Assembly (NCBI GenBank): GCA_950097015.1
Contig: CATNEN010000005.1
Coordinates: forward strand, 4,216,001-4,280,000
DNA from: Macrostomum hystrix
Lineage: Eukaryota > Animalia > Platyhelminthes
Direction of reading: 5' to 3'
Length of the DNA stretch: 64,000 bases
This document shows, in pieces, positions 49,690 through 62,051 of the stretch (positions are counted from its first letter, which is position 1; the number at the start of each line of letters is the position of its first letter). The notes under the pieces were generated by a model. It was not told the origin of the DNA and ran no database searches. It saw only the letters and a list, made by a program, of their open reading frames with translations. The translations under genes were made by a program, and so were the position numbers.

Positions 49690-51975
49690 AACGTCAACTG
49701 GGGAGTCATCATCAAAATGGGGATCAAGGTAAACTGGGTGATCATCATCAACTGGGGGATCATTGTCAACTGGAGGAACATTGTCAGCTGGAGGAACATT
49801 GTTAACTGGGGATCATCATCAATGGGAAGACTTCATCAACTGGGGGATCATTGTGAACTGGGGGATCTTTGTTAACTGGGGAATCATTCTCAACTGGTGG
49901 ATCATTCTCAACTGGGGGATCATCATCAACTGGGGGATCATTGTGAACTGGGGGATCATTGTCAACTGTGGGATCATTGTCAACTGGGGGATCGTTGTCA
50001 ACTGGGGGATCATTTTCAAATGGGGGATCATCATCAACTGGGGGATCATCATCAACTGGGGGATCATCATCAACTGGGGGATCATTGTGAACTGGGCAAA
50101 ACGAGAGTTTGAATCATAGCCCACCAGGGTTTAAAACATGGCGAAATCTGAGTTTGAATCTTGGCTTACCCAGCGTTTGAAAAATCAACGTCAACTGGGG
50201 AGTCATCATCAAAATGGGGATCATGGTAAAATGGGGGATAATCGTCAACTGGGGGATCATGGTAAACTGGGGGATAATTGTCAACTGGGGAATCATCATC
50301 AAATGGGGGATCATGGTCAACTTGGGGATCATTGTCAACTGGGTGATCATCATCAACTGGGGATCATCATCAACTGGGGGTTCATTGTCAACTGTGGGAT
50401 CATTGTCAACCGGCGGGATCATTGTCAACTGGGGGATCATTGTCAACTGGGGGATCATTGTCAACTGGGGGGTAATGTTCAACTGGGGGATAATTGTCAA
50501 CTGGGGAATCATCATCAAATGGGGGATCATGGTCAACTTGGGGATCATTGTCAACTGGGTGATCATCATCAACTGGGGGATCATCATCAACTGGGGGATC
50601 GTTGTCAACTGGGGGTTCATTGTCAACTGTGGGATCATTGTCAACTGGGGGATCATTGTCAACTCGGGGATCATTGTGAACTGGTGGATCGTTGTCAACT
50701 GGGGGTTCATTGTCAACTGGGTGATCATCATCAACTGGGGGATCATTGTCAATTGGGGGAACATTGTCAACTGGAAGAACATTGTTAACTGGGGATCGTC
50801 ATCAATGGGGAGTCATCATCAACTGGGGGATCATGGTGAACTGGAGGATCTTTGTCAACTGGGGGATCATTGTCAACTGGGGGATCATTGTCAACTGGGG
50901 GATCATTGTCAACTGGGGGATCATTGTCAACTGGGGGATCATTGTCAACTGGGGGTTCATTGTCAACTGGGGGATCATTGTCAACTGGGGGATCATTGTC
51001 AACTGGGGGATCGTTGTCAACTGGGGGTTCATTGTCAACTGGGGGATCATTGTCAACTGGGGGATCATTGTCAACTGGGGGATCATCATCAACTGGGGGA
51101 TCATTGTCAACTGGGGGTTCATTGTCAACTGTGGGATCATTGTCAACGGGCGGGATCATTGTCAACTGGGAGATCATCATCAACGGGGGGATCATCATCA
51201 AATGGGGGATCATTGTCAACTGGGGGATCATTGTCAACTGGGGGTTCATTGTCAACTGGGGGATCATTGTCAACTGGGGGATCATTGTCAACTGGGGGAT
51301 CGTTGTCAACTGGGGGTTCATTGTCAACTGGGGGATCATTGTCAACTGGGGGATCATTGTCAACTGGGGGATCATCATCAACTGGGGGATCATTGTCAAC
51401 TGGGGGTTCATTGTCAACTGTGGGATCATTGTCAACGGGCGGGATCATTGTCAACTGGGAGATCATCATCAACGGGGGGATCATCATCAAATGGGGGGAT
51501 CATTGTCAACTGTGGGATCATTTTCAACTGGGGGTTCATTGTCAACTGGGGGATCAATGTCAACTGGGGGATCATTGTCAACTGGGGGATCGTTGTCAAC
51601 TGGGGGTTCATTGTCAACTGGGGGATCATTGTCAACTGGGGGATCATTGTCAACTGGGGGATCATCATCAACTGGGGGATCATTGTCAACTGGGGGTTCA
51701 TTGTCAACTGTGGGATCATTGTCAACGGGCGGGATCATTGTCAACTGGGAGAACATCATCAACGGGGGGATCATCATCAAATGGGGGATCATTGTCAACT
51801 GTGGGATCATTGTCAACTGGGAGATCATCATCAACGGGGGGATCATCATCAAATGGGGGATCATTGTCAACTGTGGGATCATTTTCAACTGGGGGATCAT
51901 TGTCAACTGGGGTATTATTGTCAACTGGAGGTTCATTGTCAACTGGGGGATCATTGTCAACTGGGGGATCATTGT
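49690..51975. repeat. 18-bp minisatellite (CAACTGGGGGATCATTGT), over 100 copies
   Basis: Period 18; it produces the QLGDHC, NWGIIV and TGGSLS repeat ORFs. Confidence 0.95.
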
Positions 51976-52534
51976 AGCTTTAAAAAGCTGTAAATTCAGC
52001 TGCTAAAAAGTATATACTAGACGAATTAAAAGTATTTCTGCTCCCCGAAGGGGGGCAAAACTTGCTAGTTATTTCCTAAACGGAAAGTAGTTCAGGGATG
52101 CCATTCTTCACTTCCGGATCAGAATTGCAGCTGTTTGTGATGGAAGATCGGATATCATTTTTAAAATCAGTGTATAAATATAGCTTTTTATTTATGGCCA
52201 AGAATACAGCTTTCCAAGCTGCGAAATAAATTTTATAAAATTCACTATAAAAAACTTGGCCCTGCAATGTCGCATCCTGTTTGTCTTGGTTCAGTACAAT
52301 TTGGCTATTTGTACTGCAAATTACCTGCACACTATTCCTCGTTTCCTTGTTATTTCCTTGCAAACAACGGCTTACCAGTAATTTTAGAGGTCCAGAAATA
52401 TACATAAAATATAAAATTAATCCGCATGGATGAAAAACGACAAACCTTTTTAGTAAAGCCAGCTATAATCCAGCTATAAGGCTACAGATTCGGCGTGACA
52501 AACACATTAATTTAACCCCAGTAAATGAAATTAA

Positions 52535-52775
52535 TGCTTGGCTTTTAGAGCAGGTGTTCGATTCCTTACTTCCACAGAGACAACTTAATTGTGCCCTTTA
52601 GAACGACACCTGACTCTGCATTGCTTCAGTTCACCCAGCAGTCAAATGGGTACCAGCATTAGCTGTAACAACAGCAGTACACATGAGTCTTCAGATGCAA
52701 TAGCTGCGGCTGTACTGTCGGCTGCACATCTGACCTGATAGGGCCAGGTGTAGTTGATTATTTATTATAATTAAA
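52535..52775 (+). mobile_element. tRNA-derived SINE, family 1 (CORE-like), internally deleted
   Basis: GTTCGATTCC, then ACTCTGCATTGCTTCAGTTCACCCAGC..AAATGGGTACCAGCAT and the shared tail GCTGCGGCTGT.CTGTCGGCTG.ACATCTGACC. Confidence 0.65.
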
Positions 52776-53421
52776 TTGCTGCTCAAGGCGCGACCATCCG
52801 ATATTTCAAGGCTTCTTGCACGAGAAAAATCAACTCTAGTACATGTTGTACGAAAGGGGCTGCTAACTTTGTGCTCCCAACATTCGTATATATTTGTCTG
52901 ATTAAGCATTGTGCAGTTAAACTGCATCAGATGCGATTGAGTCGGCTATATTAGAGCGCTAATATTGTGGAGTCAGGATCAAAGTCGGGATTAATTGTAT
53001 TAAGCTTTTCGCACAAATTTTAGTCGGCATTGGTTTAAAAATCGCTACAATGCGAAACCAACACAGGCATGCAAATATTATATTTTAAACACTCATTGTC
53101 ATGTCAAATAATATAAAAACTTTTTGAAAAAATAATTTCCGGATAAGAAAAATATCACAAAATTTCTTGGATAACAAACTTTGCTTCAGCTATAAGCTTT
53201 TTGCTAATGTCCACGTTTGAAATTCAAGCACCAAAGCATTGAATCAATGTACGAGCTACGTGCAGATTCCTAGACGTAATCGGCATGCATTCTGGGCTGT
53301 GCTATTCTAGAAGATGTACTGTTTAAGTGTTCAAACTGTCTAAGCTCTGATGCCAAGAAAATGTGACTCGCAAATAAAATGTCAGAAAACTGAATAGTCA
53401 GGAACTCGAGTTTTCTCGGCT

Positions 53422-56361
53422 TCAGTCGCCATCGTGTTCGATTTCCAAGAACACAGTCAGGTCACTGTCAGGTCTTGAACTCGTGCCCGCCTCATTAGTG
53501 CCAGGTGTTGCACTTACATTGGGACGTTGTGTCACCAGTGCAGAGTAGATGCAGCTGTCCACATTCTGAAGAGTTTTAAGTTTGATTCCTAAAGCTTTTG
53601 ATTCAACACAGGCAAGCCAGCCACTCCAACTACATGTTATGCGCCCAAGTATTTATCATTTTTAAAGGATTTAATTGTGTACCAATTTTTAATGTTGATA
53701 AATCAATTGTCTGCTATAAACCACCTGAATGATCAGACGCGCCCATATCCTACCGCTAAAAGCCCGTCTGCAACCCGAACTGTACGTCACGGATTTACTC
53801 ACTTCAGCTGTGGAGGCTCTAAACAGTGGCGGTGATTCAATCAGCTCAGTCTCGAACCTAGCCTCCTCATGTGAGCAGTCGCGATTTCTAAAGACGCCCT
53901 TCTGCAACGAACGGTTCGAACAACGAAAATTAGATTTCCCTTTGATATTTGAACTCGTCATCACTGATTACCTTGCTGATAACGACCGCAAGCGAAGATC
54001 CAAGAACGGCGAGTCCTGCCATGATCGCGAAAAGCAACGGCTTGAAAATGCGCTCTGTTCTCAAAATTTGTTTAGTTGGGGATAGGCTGGACTGAATTTT
54101 GAATTTTCTTTTGTTTAAAATTTTCTGCTATATTATAATATTTACTATATGCAGCTTGAGTTGTTTTTTTAACTTACTCGGAATGTTTGGGTCCGATGTC
54201 AGAGGACAGGTCACACTTTCTGTGGTGCTGTAGTTCCATGACAGTTTATCATCATTCCAATGTGCTGTGCATGTCACATTCACAGTGAGACAGTTTTCGC
54301 ATTTCCAAATCGACCTGAATTTGCCGTCCACTTCAGTGACACTCGATTGCATTGTTACTGTGGCATTTTCGTCTTGGTGGTCTCTCAGAAAGCATGTGTG
54401 CAGAGGATGTGGATCTGACTGCGATGACTCAAAGGTGAAATTCCAATCCGACGACTCAGTGGCACAGGTGTCATTTGAGTAGATGCTCAGGTTGCTTGGC
54501 GGATCTGAGATCGGGATTGTCGAGTTTGTGAGACTCCAGACATTGCTGTGTGCGCTTGTGAAATGGCACTTTTGTGGAATTGATTGTATACTCACAGTAG
54601 ACTTTGAGCAGTCGTGAGCTGAGGTCCTCGTCACCCACTCTGCATGAGTAGTTGCCAGCGTGACTTTCGTTCACATTTTGAATGGATTCTGACACGCTGC
54701 TTGCACTCGAGTTGCCAGAAGTTCGAATGGTGCTTACGTTTTTGCTTCCGTTGGACTTAGCGAGAGTCAGAATAACAGGTGGCAGATTGACAGGTGCTTC
54801 GTGGCACACCTGGACCCGACAGCTCACTGTGACGTTTGAGTTTCTCACAACTTCATCGGATGGCTCAATTGTAGCTAAATGTTTTAAGAAACGAGTGACT
54901 CAAAAATGTTTACATTTTTTTATGGAGAGATTCGCAAAATAGATTTGCTGTTGTTATTTTTAGTCATTGTCAGTAACTGTTTTCCAAGGTTTACGAATTT
55001 GAACACTAAAATGCTACCCATGCACTAGCAGGAGTTGGTTAGCAAGGTAAAGACTACTTTAATGTCACATCGAACTGAAAATGCAAACAATAATGCGTTT
55101 TTTGTGACAGAATATAGTTAGAATATAGTTAGAGAAAGGATTTATTGTAGTAACATAGGGCACGTTCGACAAACTCACCTGCTAATACAATTTTTCGAAT
55201 CCACATGCTAATGAAGTTCACGCACTGATTGTTTGCATCAGTAACGTTTGCGACGTATTTTCTCAGCAGAATCATTCGGACCTGAAAGCCGCATACAGTT
55301 TCTGGTTATGTCAGCACTGTTAATATAGGATGAAATAGAAGCGAATAAAATGTGTTTCTTTTTAGTGGTTACAGAAATTTGTCCCTAAAGTATGTGACCC
55401 ACATTCTCCATGCTAAATTACAGTCAACATTTGTGTTTTTGCTTGCTGTTTTATGCCTCGATCTTGAGTCATTTTGTTTGCAAATCTACTAAAATAAAAT
55501 CAATGTGGATATTTCTCCAGAAAACCCTAAGCTGCATTGCTGATACAGAATATTGGCTTGCATTATACTCGCCTAATTAAACCCAAGGTTGCTCATGAAT
55601 TGTGAAACATCAGTCACCTGATCGCCTCACCTGTTGCCTGACGCAGTTCACGCTCAAGTATTGTCCTGCAGAAACGCTTGAGGGCGTCCTGCCGCACAGC
55701 TTCCAGATACCTGAGCTCTCTCCTCTAATGAAAGTAGATCTGATGTTCTTTGAGTCGCAGTGCTCATGTCCGAAATCGACGTCTGTTTGAGAAGTCCAGA
55801 TCTCAATGTCTGCTGCTCTGAGGTTTATTTCAGCGATGGGAACTCCTATTGCTTCTACAATGTCAATTAGTTATTTCTTTTGAGCTGCAAACAAGAGCTT
55901 GAAGAGAGTCGTTAGGAGCAGGTATTCAGAAGCTGTTGATTGTAAATTAACTGAATCGCTCACCTGACCTGGCCCTGATGCCCACAGAGCTGATCAGCTC
56001 AGGCCTCTTCAGTTTGATCACAAACCAGTGATAGCCTGCATCTGCGTCATTGTTACTGGCTTTGGAGTGGAAGAATCTGTAGAAATACTTGGATTCTGTC
56101 TCTGTGGTCTGGTTTTCAAAACATAGTGCACCTTTCTTGTTATCAATAAAGCTAGACGACTGCCAGGAGTCAGCGATGGAATCTTTGGTGATGTTGAGAG
56201 TGCCTGAAACAAAAATTGATTTAGAAACTTTGTAAGAATATATCAGATGATTCCTTTCGAGCAATGTCCATGGACTGCAACTCACAATTGTCACTGTCAG
56301 CCGCACACAGACTAGCTAGAAGGGCCGCTGCCAGCAAAATGCATTCCTGGGCTGCAGCCAT
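53422..56361 (-). CDS. Receptor copy D (C-type stalk, TM and tail; different 5' UTR)
   Basis: The exons I translated are open. Signal MAAAQECILLAAALLASLCAA. A 1-bp indel relative to A-C lies inside the predicted Ig1-Ig2 intron, which supports the splice model. Confidence 0.78.
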
Positions 56362-57349
56362 GCCTCAGTTGTTGTTCTGCGTCCAACCAGGATCTTGTTT
56401 TCTAAGAGAGAAGTTTCTTTAATTTTTTAAATTCCTACATTGAATATCTACATAAAATCTTCATTGAATATCTACATTGAATCATCACTGCTTGACGAGT
56501 CTTACTAAATCATTGTTTTTGCACACACTTACAAGCAATGAGTTTAGCTGAAACCCGAACGCAGTTTTCAGAACTGTTGCGTCTGAATTTAGGCCTGCTT
56601 TGCCAGCATACAGGAAGTCACGACTGGTTTGTGTGAAGATGTTTGACTTTGGATTCGACTATCCATTTAAATAGGCACGAGCAGCCTATTTAAGTAAGAC
56701 AGTAATATGTAAGACAAGCCGAAAAAGCCAACACTTTGGTCGGCCAACACTTGACGACTGAGAGGTCAAAGCGCTCCCTTATATTTTTGACTTTGGATTG
56801 TAAAGTTAGCGTTTGTACATCTAAGCACGCATGTACATTAAGATGCAAAGTCATCCAGTTTACAAATCATCTTAAAATAGTCACCTTCTTTGAAAATACG
56901 AGCGTAAGTGTGCCACTGACTTTCAGCTCCGATAATCGAAACCTCGAGTAGTAGAAAAACTAAAACTGAAGAAACCAACTTCGACAGAAAAATAATTTTC
57001 ATACTGATGCGACATGCTAGACACGAACACGACAAAAATTTTTATGAATTGATATTGTTACGAATTCTAGGGAAAAGAAGGGTAAATAAAACAGTTAACA
57101 ACTGACGCGTTAGCAAAGAACAGCGGCCAAAGAAAGAAAAAATAAATGTATACTAGACTTTCTCTAAAAGGTGTAAATTTCACAAAAAACTGGGGTGGTG
57201 CACGAGTCGCGCACTAACTCGGTAGGTGACATCTGAGAAGTTGCTTAAAACCCTATGATTACCCGTGGCATGCTATGCATGCCATGGCTCATTCCACGAC
57301 ACTTCCACTGCAAATTTTAGTCTATGGTTTTGCCAAAAGACGGTCTCAG

Positions 57350-57670
57350 TCACTCCGCAGCCGCAGCCCAACCGTTTTCGATATCCTCGGGCACAGGAAA
57401 CAGTGGGTTGACTCCTTGAACACCAAGAAATTCCGGGACGACATGAGCCCGTTGATCATCCTCAACGGTGACTTCTCTCCATTCGTCGAACGCCTCCGGC
57501 ATTTCTTCAGCCTGAACTGGATTGTCCTCTTTATCCGTCCCTTCATCACTCACAGCCGTGTAGTAGGAGTCGCTTTCGCTTGAATCGCTGCTGTCCAAGC
57601 CCAAACGGCGAAGTGCCTGCTTTACAGCCTGTCGTCTCTCTCTCCTTGGAGCATTCATGTTGGTAGCCAT
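57350..57670 (-). mobile_element. piggyBac-like transposase N-terminal fragment
   Basis: Acidic N-terminus DSSDSSESDS...EEM followed by W....VPEFLGVQGVNP, as in PGBD-type transposases. Upstream 30-bp direct repeats CTATGGCCAGCAGAGCATGCC(A/G)AGTGGTAA at ~57759 and ~57834. Confidence 0.5.
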
Positions 57671-57939
57671 CTCCGTCGGTTTGGATAAGCTTCGTGTTTA
57701 ATTTTGCGATGACTCTATCGAATTTTTGGCGGTTTGGTCGCCTATCAGCGCATATAATCTATGGCCAGCAGAGCATGCCAAGTGGTAAGACTAGGAAGTG
57801 TGACAGACAGAACAGTGGGGGTGGGCAAACGTCTATGGCCAGCAGAGCATGCCGAGTGGTAAAGTAGAGGAGTGAGGCAGAAAAGGGTCAGTAGGCTAGT
57901 GGTTTTAATGCACCAGGTACAGTCCAACAACGATGAAGC

Positions 57940-58110
57940 TTGCGACTTTCGCCCAGCTTCACTTAAAAGCAACTTCCTTCTGCGTCAGCTCATTCAGCGG
58001 TTCAACTATCTCGCTGTAATTTTGATCGAATTTCCAAAAATCTACCAACTCTCGATCCAAGACCAAGAGCCGGTCGCTCAGGAATCTCGCTCCGGTGAAG
58101 ATGTTACAGG
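57940..58110 (-). mobile_element. Ty3/gypsy RT connection-domain fragment
   Basis: FLS...FWKFDQNYSEIVEPLNELTQKEVAFK* resembles the FLG..YRKFI.NYS.IA.PL..LT.K...F.W motif. Confidence 0.45.
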
Positions 58111-58145
58111 TTTTATTGGTATCGTTTGCTCTAGGCTTGGCAAAG

Positions 58146-58430
58146 AGGGTGAGTGGCAGAGCGGTCTAACGAATTTGCTTCTTGCACCAAGGTCCCTGAG
58201 CTCGATTCCATGGCGAGGCCACATTCATTTGGGGCGCAGCAGCGGAGAGAAGGCTTGGGGGCTTGTCGTGCAATTAACACCCTTGAGGGCCAACCTGCAA
58301 GGCACAGTGAGAGTGTACACTGCCTGACGATGAGAAAGTCAGGGCAGATGTACGCATGTGTGAGCGTGTGCCTGCGTACAGTATCTGTGTGCGAGTGTGC
58401 TCAGGAGTCAGCGAAATGGGCGGAATTGCC
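58146..58430 (+). mobile_element. tRNA-derived SINE, family 2
   Basis: GGGTGAGTGGCAGAGCGGTCTAACG head, GCTCGATTCC B-box-like motif and the central hairpin domain. Confidence 0.72.
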
Positions 58431-60139
58431 GATATAAAAATTTAACCCAAAAATTTCTACCCAATTTTGACTCACTAGAATCGTCAAACCTTTCGTCTCT
58501 TGTAAGACACACCGAATAGTACATTAACCACGCTTAATTTATTATTGTAGCACTTTTTATTCGTTGTTGGTATCTAAACAGCGTAAAACAGAAATACAGA
58601 CGCGAACAACAACAGTCACAAAAATAAATCGAGTAGAAACCCATAATGAATACGCATTCTGGCTGCCCCACAGGCCTTAAACGCTACAACAAGAGTAAAT
58701 ACTAAACTGCAGCCATAAAACATTTGCAAGATCGCTGTGGGAAATAAGACACAAAGACTTATGCTAACAAGTACGAGCTAATTTCAAGGCCATACTGGAA
58801 ACGGCAAGCAATTCTTCTATAAGTGAGGCCCAGCTCTACCCCAGTTATCTGTGGCCACTCGACTAAATCGTGCTCTCGAGTTCTCACTCACTGCTCTCGC
58901 CTGCTCGCCGGGGAGCTCTGAGCAGATTTTGGGAATCGCGCACTGAGAGGCCTCACTCGCTCATCCGGTCTATTTTGTTGCATTGTGAGAAAGTGAGAAA
59001 CTCAGTGCAGCACGTTGCCTCCGGTGGAAGATAAGAAGGCCTTTCATTGGGGAATGATAATATGATTGACTCTAACTAGAGGCTCTGTTCTACAACACCG
59101 GCTGCTGAGGAAGGGAAATGAGACGATGGCTGCAGGAGACAGGTTTTGGAGCCAGAGAGGAAGGCTGTAGTGGGGATTAGAGAGACTAGAGATGGGATGA
59201 GGGAGAAGAGAGATCGGATGAGGGAGAGAAGAGAGATGGGATGAGAGAGGTGGAATAAAATTGAGGGGAATGAGATTGAAAGGATGAGAGGGATAGGCTC
59301 AGAAAGGTGGGATGAGAGTTGTTGGATGGGAGAGGTGGTAGTTCATCCATCCAGGCACAAAATAAATGGTGAGAGAGTGAGTTCATGGAGATGTGTTTAT
59401 CGCATATTATGATAGCAAATTTATGTTATTATGAATTTGAGTAATATGAAATAAAAGCACCAGAGCCTGCAGCGCGAATGTCAAAGCTAGCCCTGGCCGC
59501 CGCGAGCCAACGGCGCCCGCTAGAGACCAGGGAAATCGAATAGATAATTTGGGATTAGAAAAAAATCTGGGAAGCGAGGTTGCGGGGCGGATTAAATATG
59601 TACATGCTGTACATTCTTTAATCAGTGACATGCAGCATAACGGTCATGACTGCATGACAGCGCTCATGTAAATACTGCGCCGAGGCCTTGGTGCCGCAGT
59701 CAGCGCCACCTGCCGCGACAGTTCAATAGCTCTGAGCCGCTTCTGGAATTTGTAAACACATGGCAGTCAAAGTTGATGCTGCAACAAAATTGTGTTGTTC
59801 AGTAAAGTTGCAAAGCTCTGCTAACCTCAGTTCTGAATAGGGACATGCTGAGTCCAATGAGCCATAGTGTCAAAGCTGATACAATAGCCAACAAAATCCA
59901 ATTTAAAGGATTTTGATGAAATTGACAGCTGTCATCTACAATACGAAATGATATTCGCACCGCTGCTTTTCGATTTTCTCACCAAAGGTAAATAAAACAA
60001 TTTCCAAAACTTCTATGTAAAATAATAATTAAAGTTTACAAGACGCAACCCTGACATTCGCCCATAACTACATTTTTGTAATAGAAATGTAGAAAAAATT
60101 AGAAAGGCATCAGCTTGTAAGCTACTCTAATTACCCACC

Positions 60140-60470
60140 TGGGGGTGAGTGGCAGAGCGGACAAACGCGTTTGCCTCTCGCAGCTCGATCCCTGAGCTCG
60201 ATTCCACGGCGAGTCCACATTCATTTGCGGCGCAGCCGCGGAGAGGTTTGTGGCTTGTTATACAATTTGCTCCCTTGAAAGTCAACCTCCAAAGCACAGT
60301 GAAAGTGTACACTGCCTGATGATGAGAAAGTCAGGCCAGATGTACACACCTGTATGAGCGTGTGCCTGTGTACGGTATGTATGCGTGTGTGCTCAGGAGT
60401 CAGCGAAATAGGCAGAATTGTCTCCTCGCTGGCTGCGGGTCAACTGTCATTAAATAATGTGCCATTGCCT
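60140..60470 (+). mobile_element. tRNA-derived SINE, family 2
   Basis: Homologous to 58146-58430 and to the reverse complement of 23195-23595. Confidence 0.72.
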
Positions 60471-60479
60471 ATTGCCCAC

Positions 60480-60775
60480 CTGATTACACCTGCTCCTATT
60501 AGGCCAAATGTACAGCCGACAGCACAGCCGCAGCTATTGTGCTGCGCATCTGAAGACTGTGGACAGCTGTTCAGTCCGTGGACTGGGGCAGGGGGACACC
60601 GCACCCACCGTTAATTACCCCAGCTGATGTCGGTACCCATTTAACAGCTGGGTGAACTGAAGCAATGCAGAGTTAAGTGTCTTGCTAAAGGACACAAATT
60701 GTTTCTGTGGAGTCGGGAATCGAATCCCGACCTTCGGACAGTTGGCTAAAACCCATTTTACTAGCTGCAGCCCTC
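60480..60775 (-). mobile_element. tRNA-derived SINE, family 1 (CORE-like), tail-to-tail with the family 2 copy
   Basis: Reverse complement contains GATTCGATTCCCGACTC, AAGACACTTAACTCTGCATTGCTTCAGTTCACCCAGCTGTTAAATGGGTACC and the shared tail. Confidence 0.75.
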
Positions 60776-61775
60776 TGCAATTTTTATTAAATACCCAGTT
60801 GCACTCACAGTTAGTTATGTTGGAATCAGTCGACATGTTGATTAAATCAATCAGAATGCTTAAATAAATACGGTTTTAAAGTATGGATAAAGCTTGCCTA
60901 AGCCAAAGTATACTGTGAACGAGTACGTAGAGTTGATTGAATAGGTTTTCTATAGCCAGTGGAAAGTTAACGTTTAAAACGTCATATCTACGAGCTACGT
61001 AACTTCTTGCTGAAATCGGATTGAAGACTATTTAGTTTCGGAGCAAGGATCTTGAGGTGCCCCTGGCAAAAATTTTCAAAAACTTGCGAATTTATAAGTT
61101 TCTTCTTCACTTATAAGAAAATTCCGACCCTAATTATGATATGCTTTAAAACACGTGGACTTGGATGTGAGTTTTCATTTTGATTAATTCGCTAATCCAA
61201 ACAATTAGTTGTAAAATAAGACGAAGTGGTTTTAATACAATTGTTTTACAAACATCCTCTAGTTTTCTGAAATTTAAACGTGCCATTTCCTTCGCAGATC
61301 TACACACTGTTACCTTTCTCTTTCAAGAAGAAAACAAAAGCAAGGCCAGCAGGTGCAGTGGTAAAAACGTGACTGTACAGGCCGCCATGAAACGCTTATC
61401 GAAACGTCGCCCCAGAAACCTCGCATCTGGCGAATGTCTTCGCTGATAAACTAAAAGCCTCTGACGCAGAAATTTGGGAATTTGGCTACAAGGCTTTCCA
61501 AGACAGGGCCAAAGCACTTTTAATTAGGAAAATTGTAACCACAATTTATTATTTTTGTTACGAAAGCGTTTAAAAAACTCAAGCCCTTCCATGCAGTTTC
61601 AACGAGCTCGGAAAAAAAAAGTATATATTTAAATAGCAAAAATACTAAAACATTCGATTCCGAAAATCTGACGTATCCAAGCACAAAGTACAAGGACAAG
61701 CGAAAACAGTTCGAAAAATTTCAGCTTTTCACCTCACTGCCAATCATTCAAATCACCGAGCAATGACAAGCAAGC

Positions 61776-62051
61776 CTAAAGTCCGTCAGCCATAATCACC
61801 TGATAGAATGTGACGTCACTTACAGGTCGCGAGTTCGAGCACCCAGCTCCATTCGCAGCATCAGCGCCACCATTTCGTTTGTCCTTCGTCATCATGGACA
61901 GGTAGGTACAGCTGACGCCGTCCTGAAATTAGAATTTCAACCTGAATCAGCAGATATTTCTTTGGAACAGATTAAAGTACAGCAACCAAAACTCGGCTTA
62001 CATCACTGTTCGCATCTGTGACATTGTCAGAAGGAATTGGCTCTGGAGATG
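61776..62051 (-). other. Duplicated last two tail exons of receptor E (62051-62002, 61922-61776)
   Basis: Near-identical to 62998-63275, with an open last exon DGVSCTYLSMM...VTFYQVIMADGL* and its own TTTTTCCAG acceptor. Confidence 0.65.

Larger units (their letters stand above)
49073..52068 (+). mobile_element. Non-autonomous Helitron-like element carrying two minisatellite arrays
   Basis: 5' A|TCCACTATACTAAAAA. 3' GC-rich hairpin GCTCCCCGAAGGGGGGC, a short spacer, then CTAG|T. Inserted between A and T with no TSD. Confidence 0.7.

Noticed and set aside
52076-52405. 109-aa minus-strand ORF with a PH-like WKAVFL..KKLYLY stretch
   Set aside because: AT-rich, a single short motif, with no supporting exons or second copy.
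56838-57035. Signal-peptide-like ORF upstream of receptor D
   Set aside because: Splicing it to the next acceptor is out of frame with D and stops quickly; no other support.
58315-58345. Hammerhead ribozyme in SINE family 2 (CTGACGA...GAAA)
   Set aside because: There is no stem II between CUGANGA and GAAA, and the bases after GAAA pair with the core itself, giving a plain hairpin.
61820-61850. tRNA-like GGTCGCGAGTTCGAGCACC (also ~63045)
   Set aside because: No cloverleaf or A box; it is the antisense of the receptor tail exon (CSNSRP).
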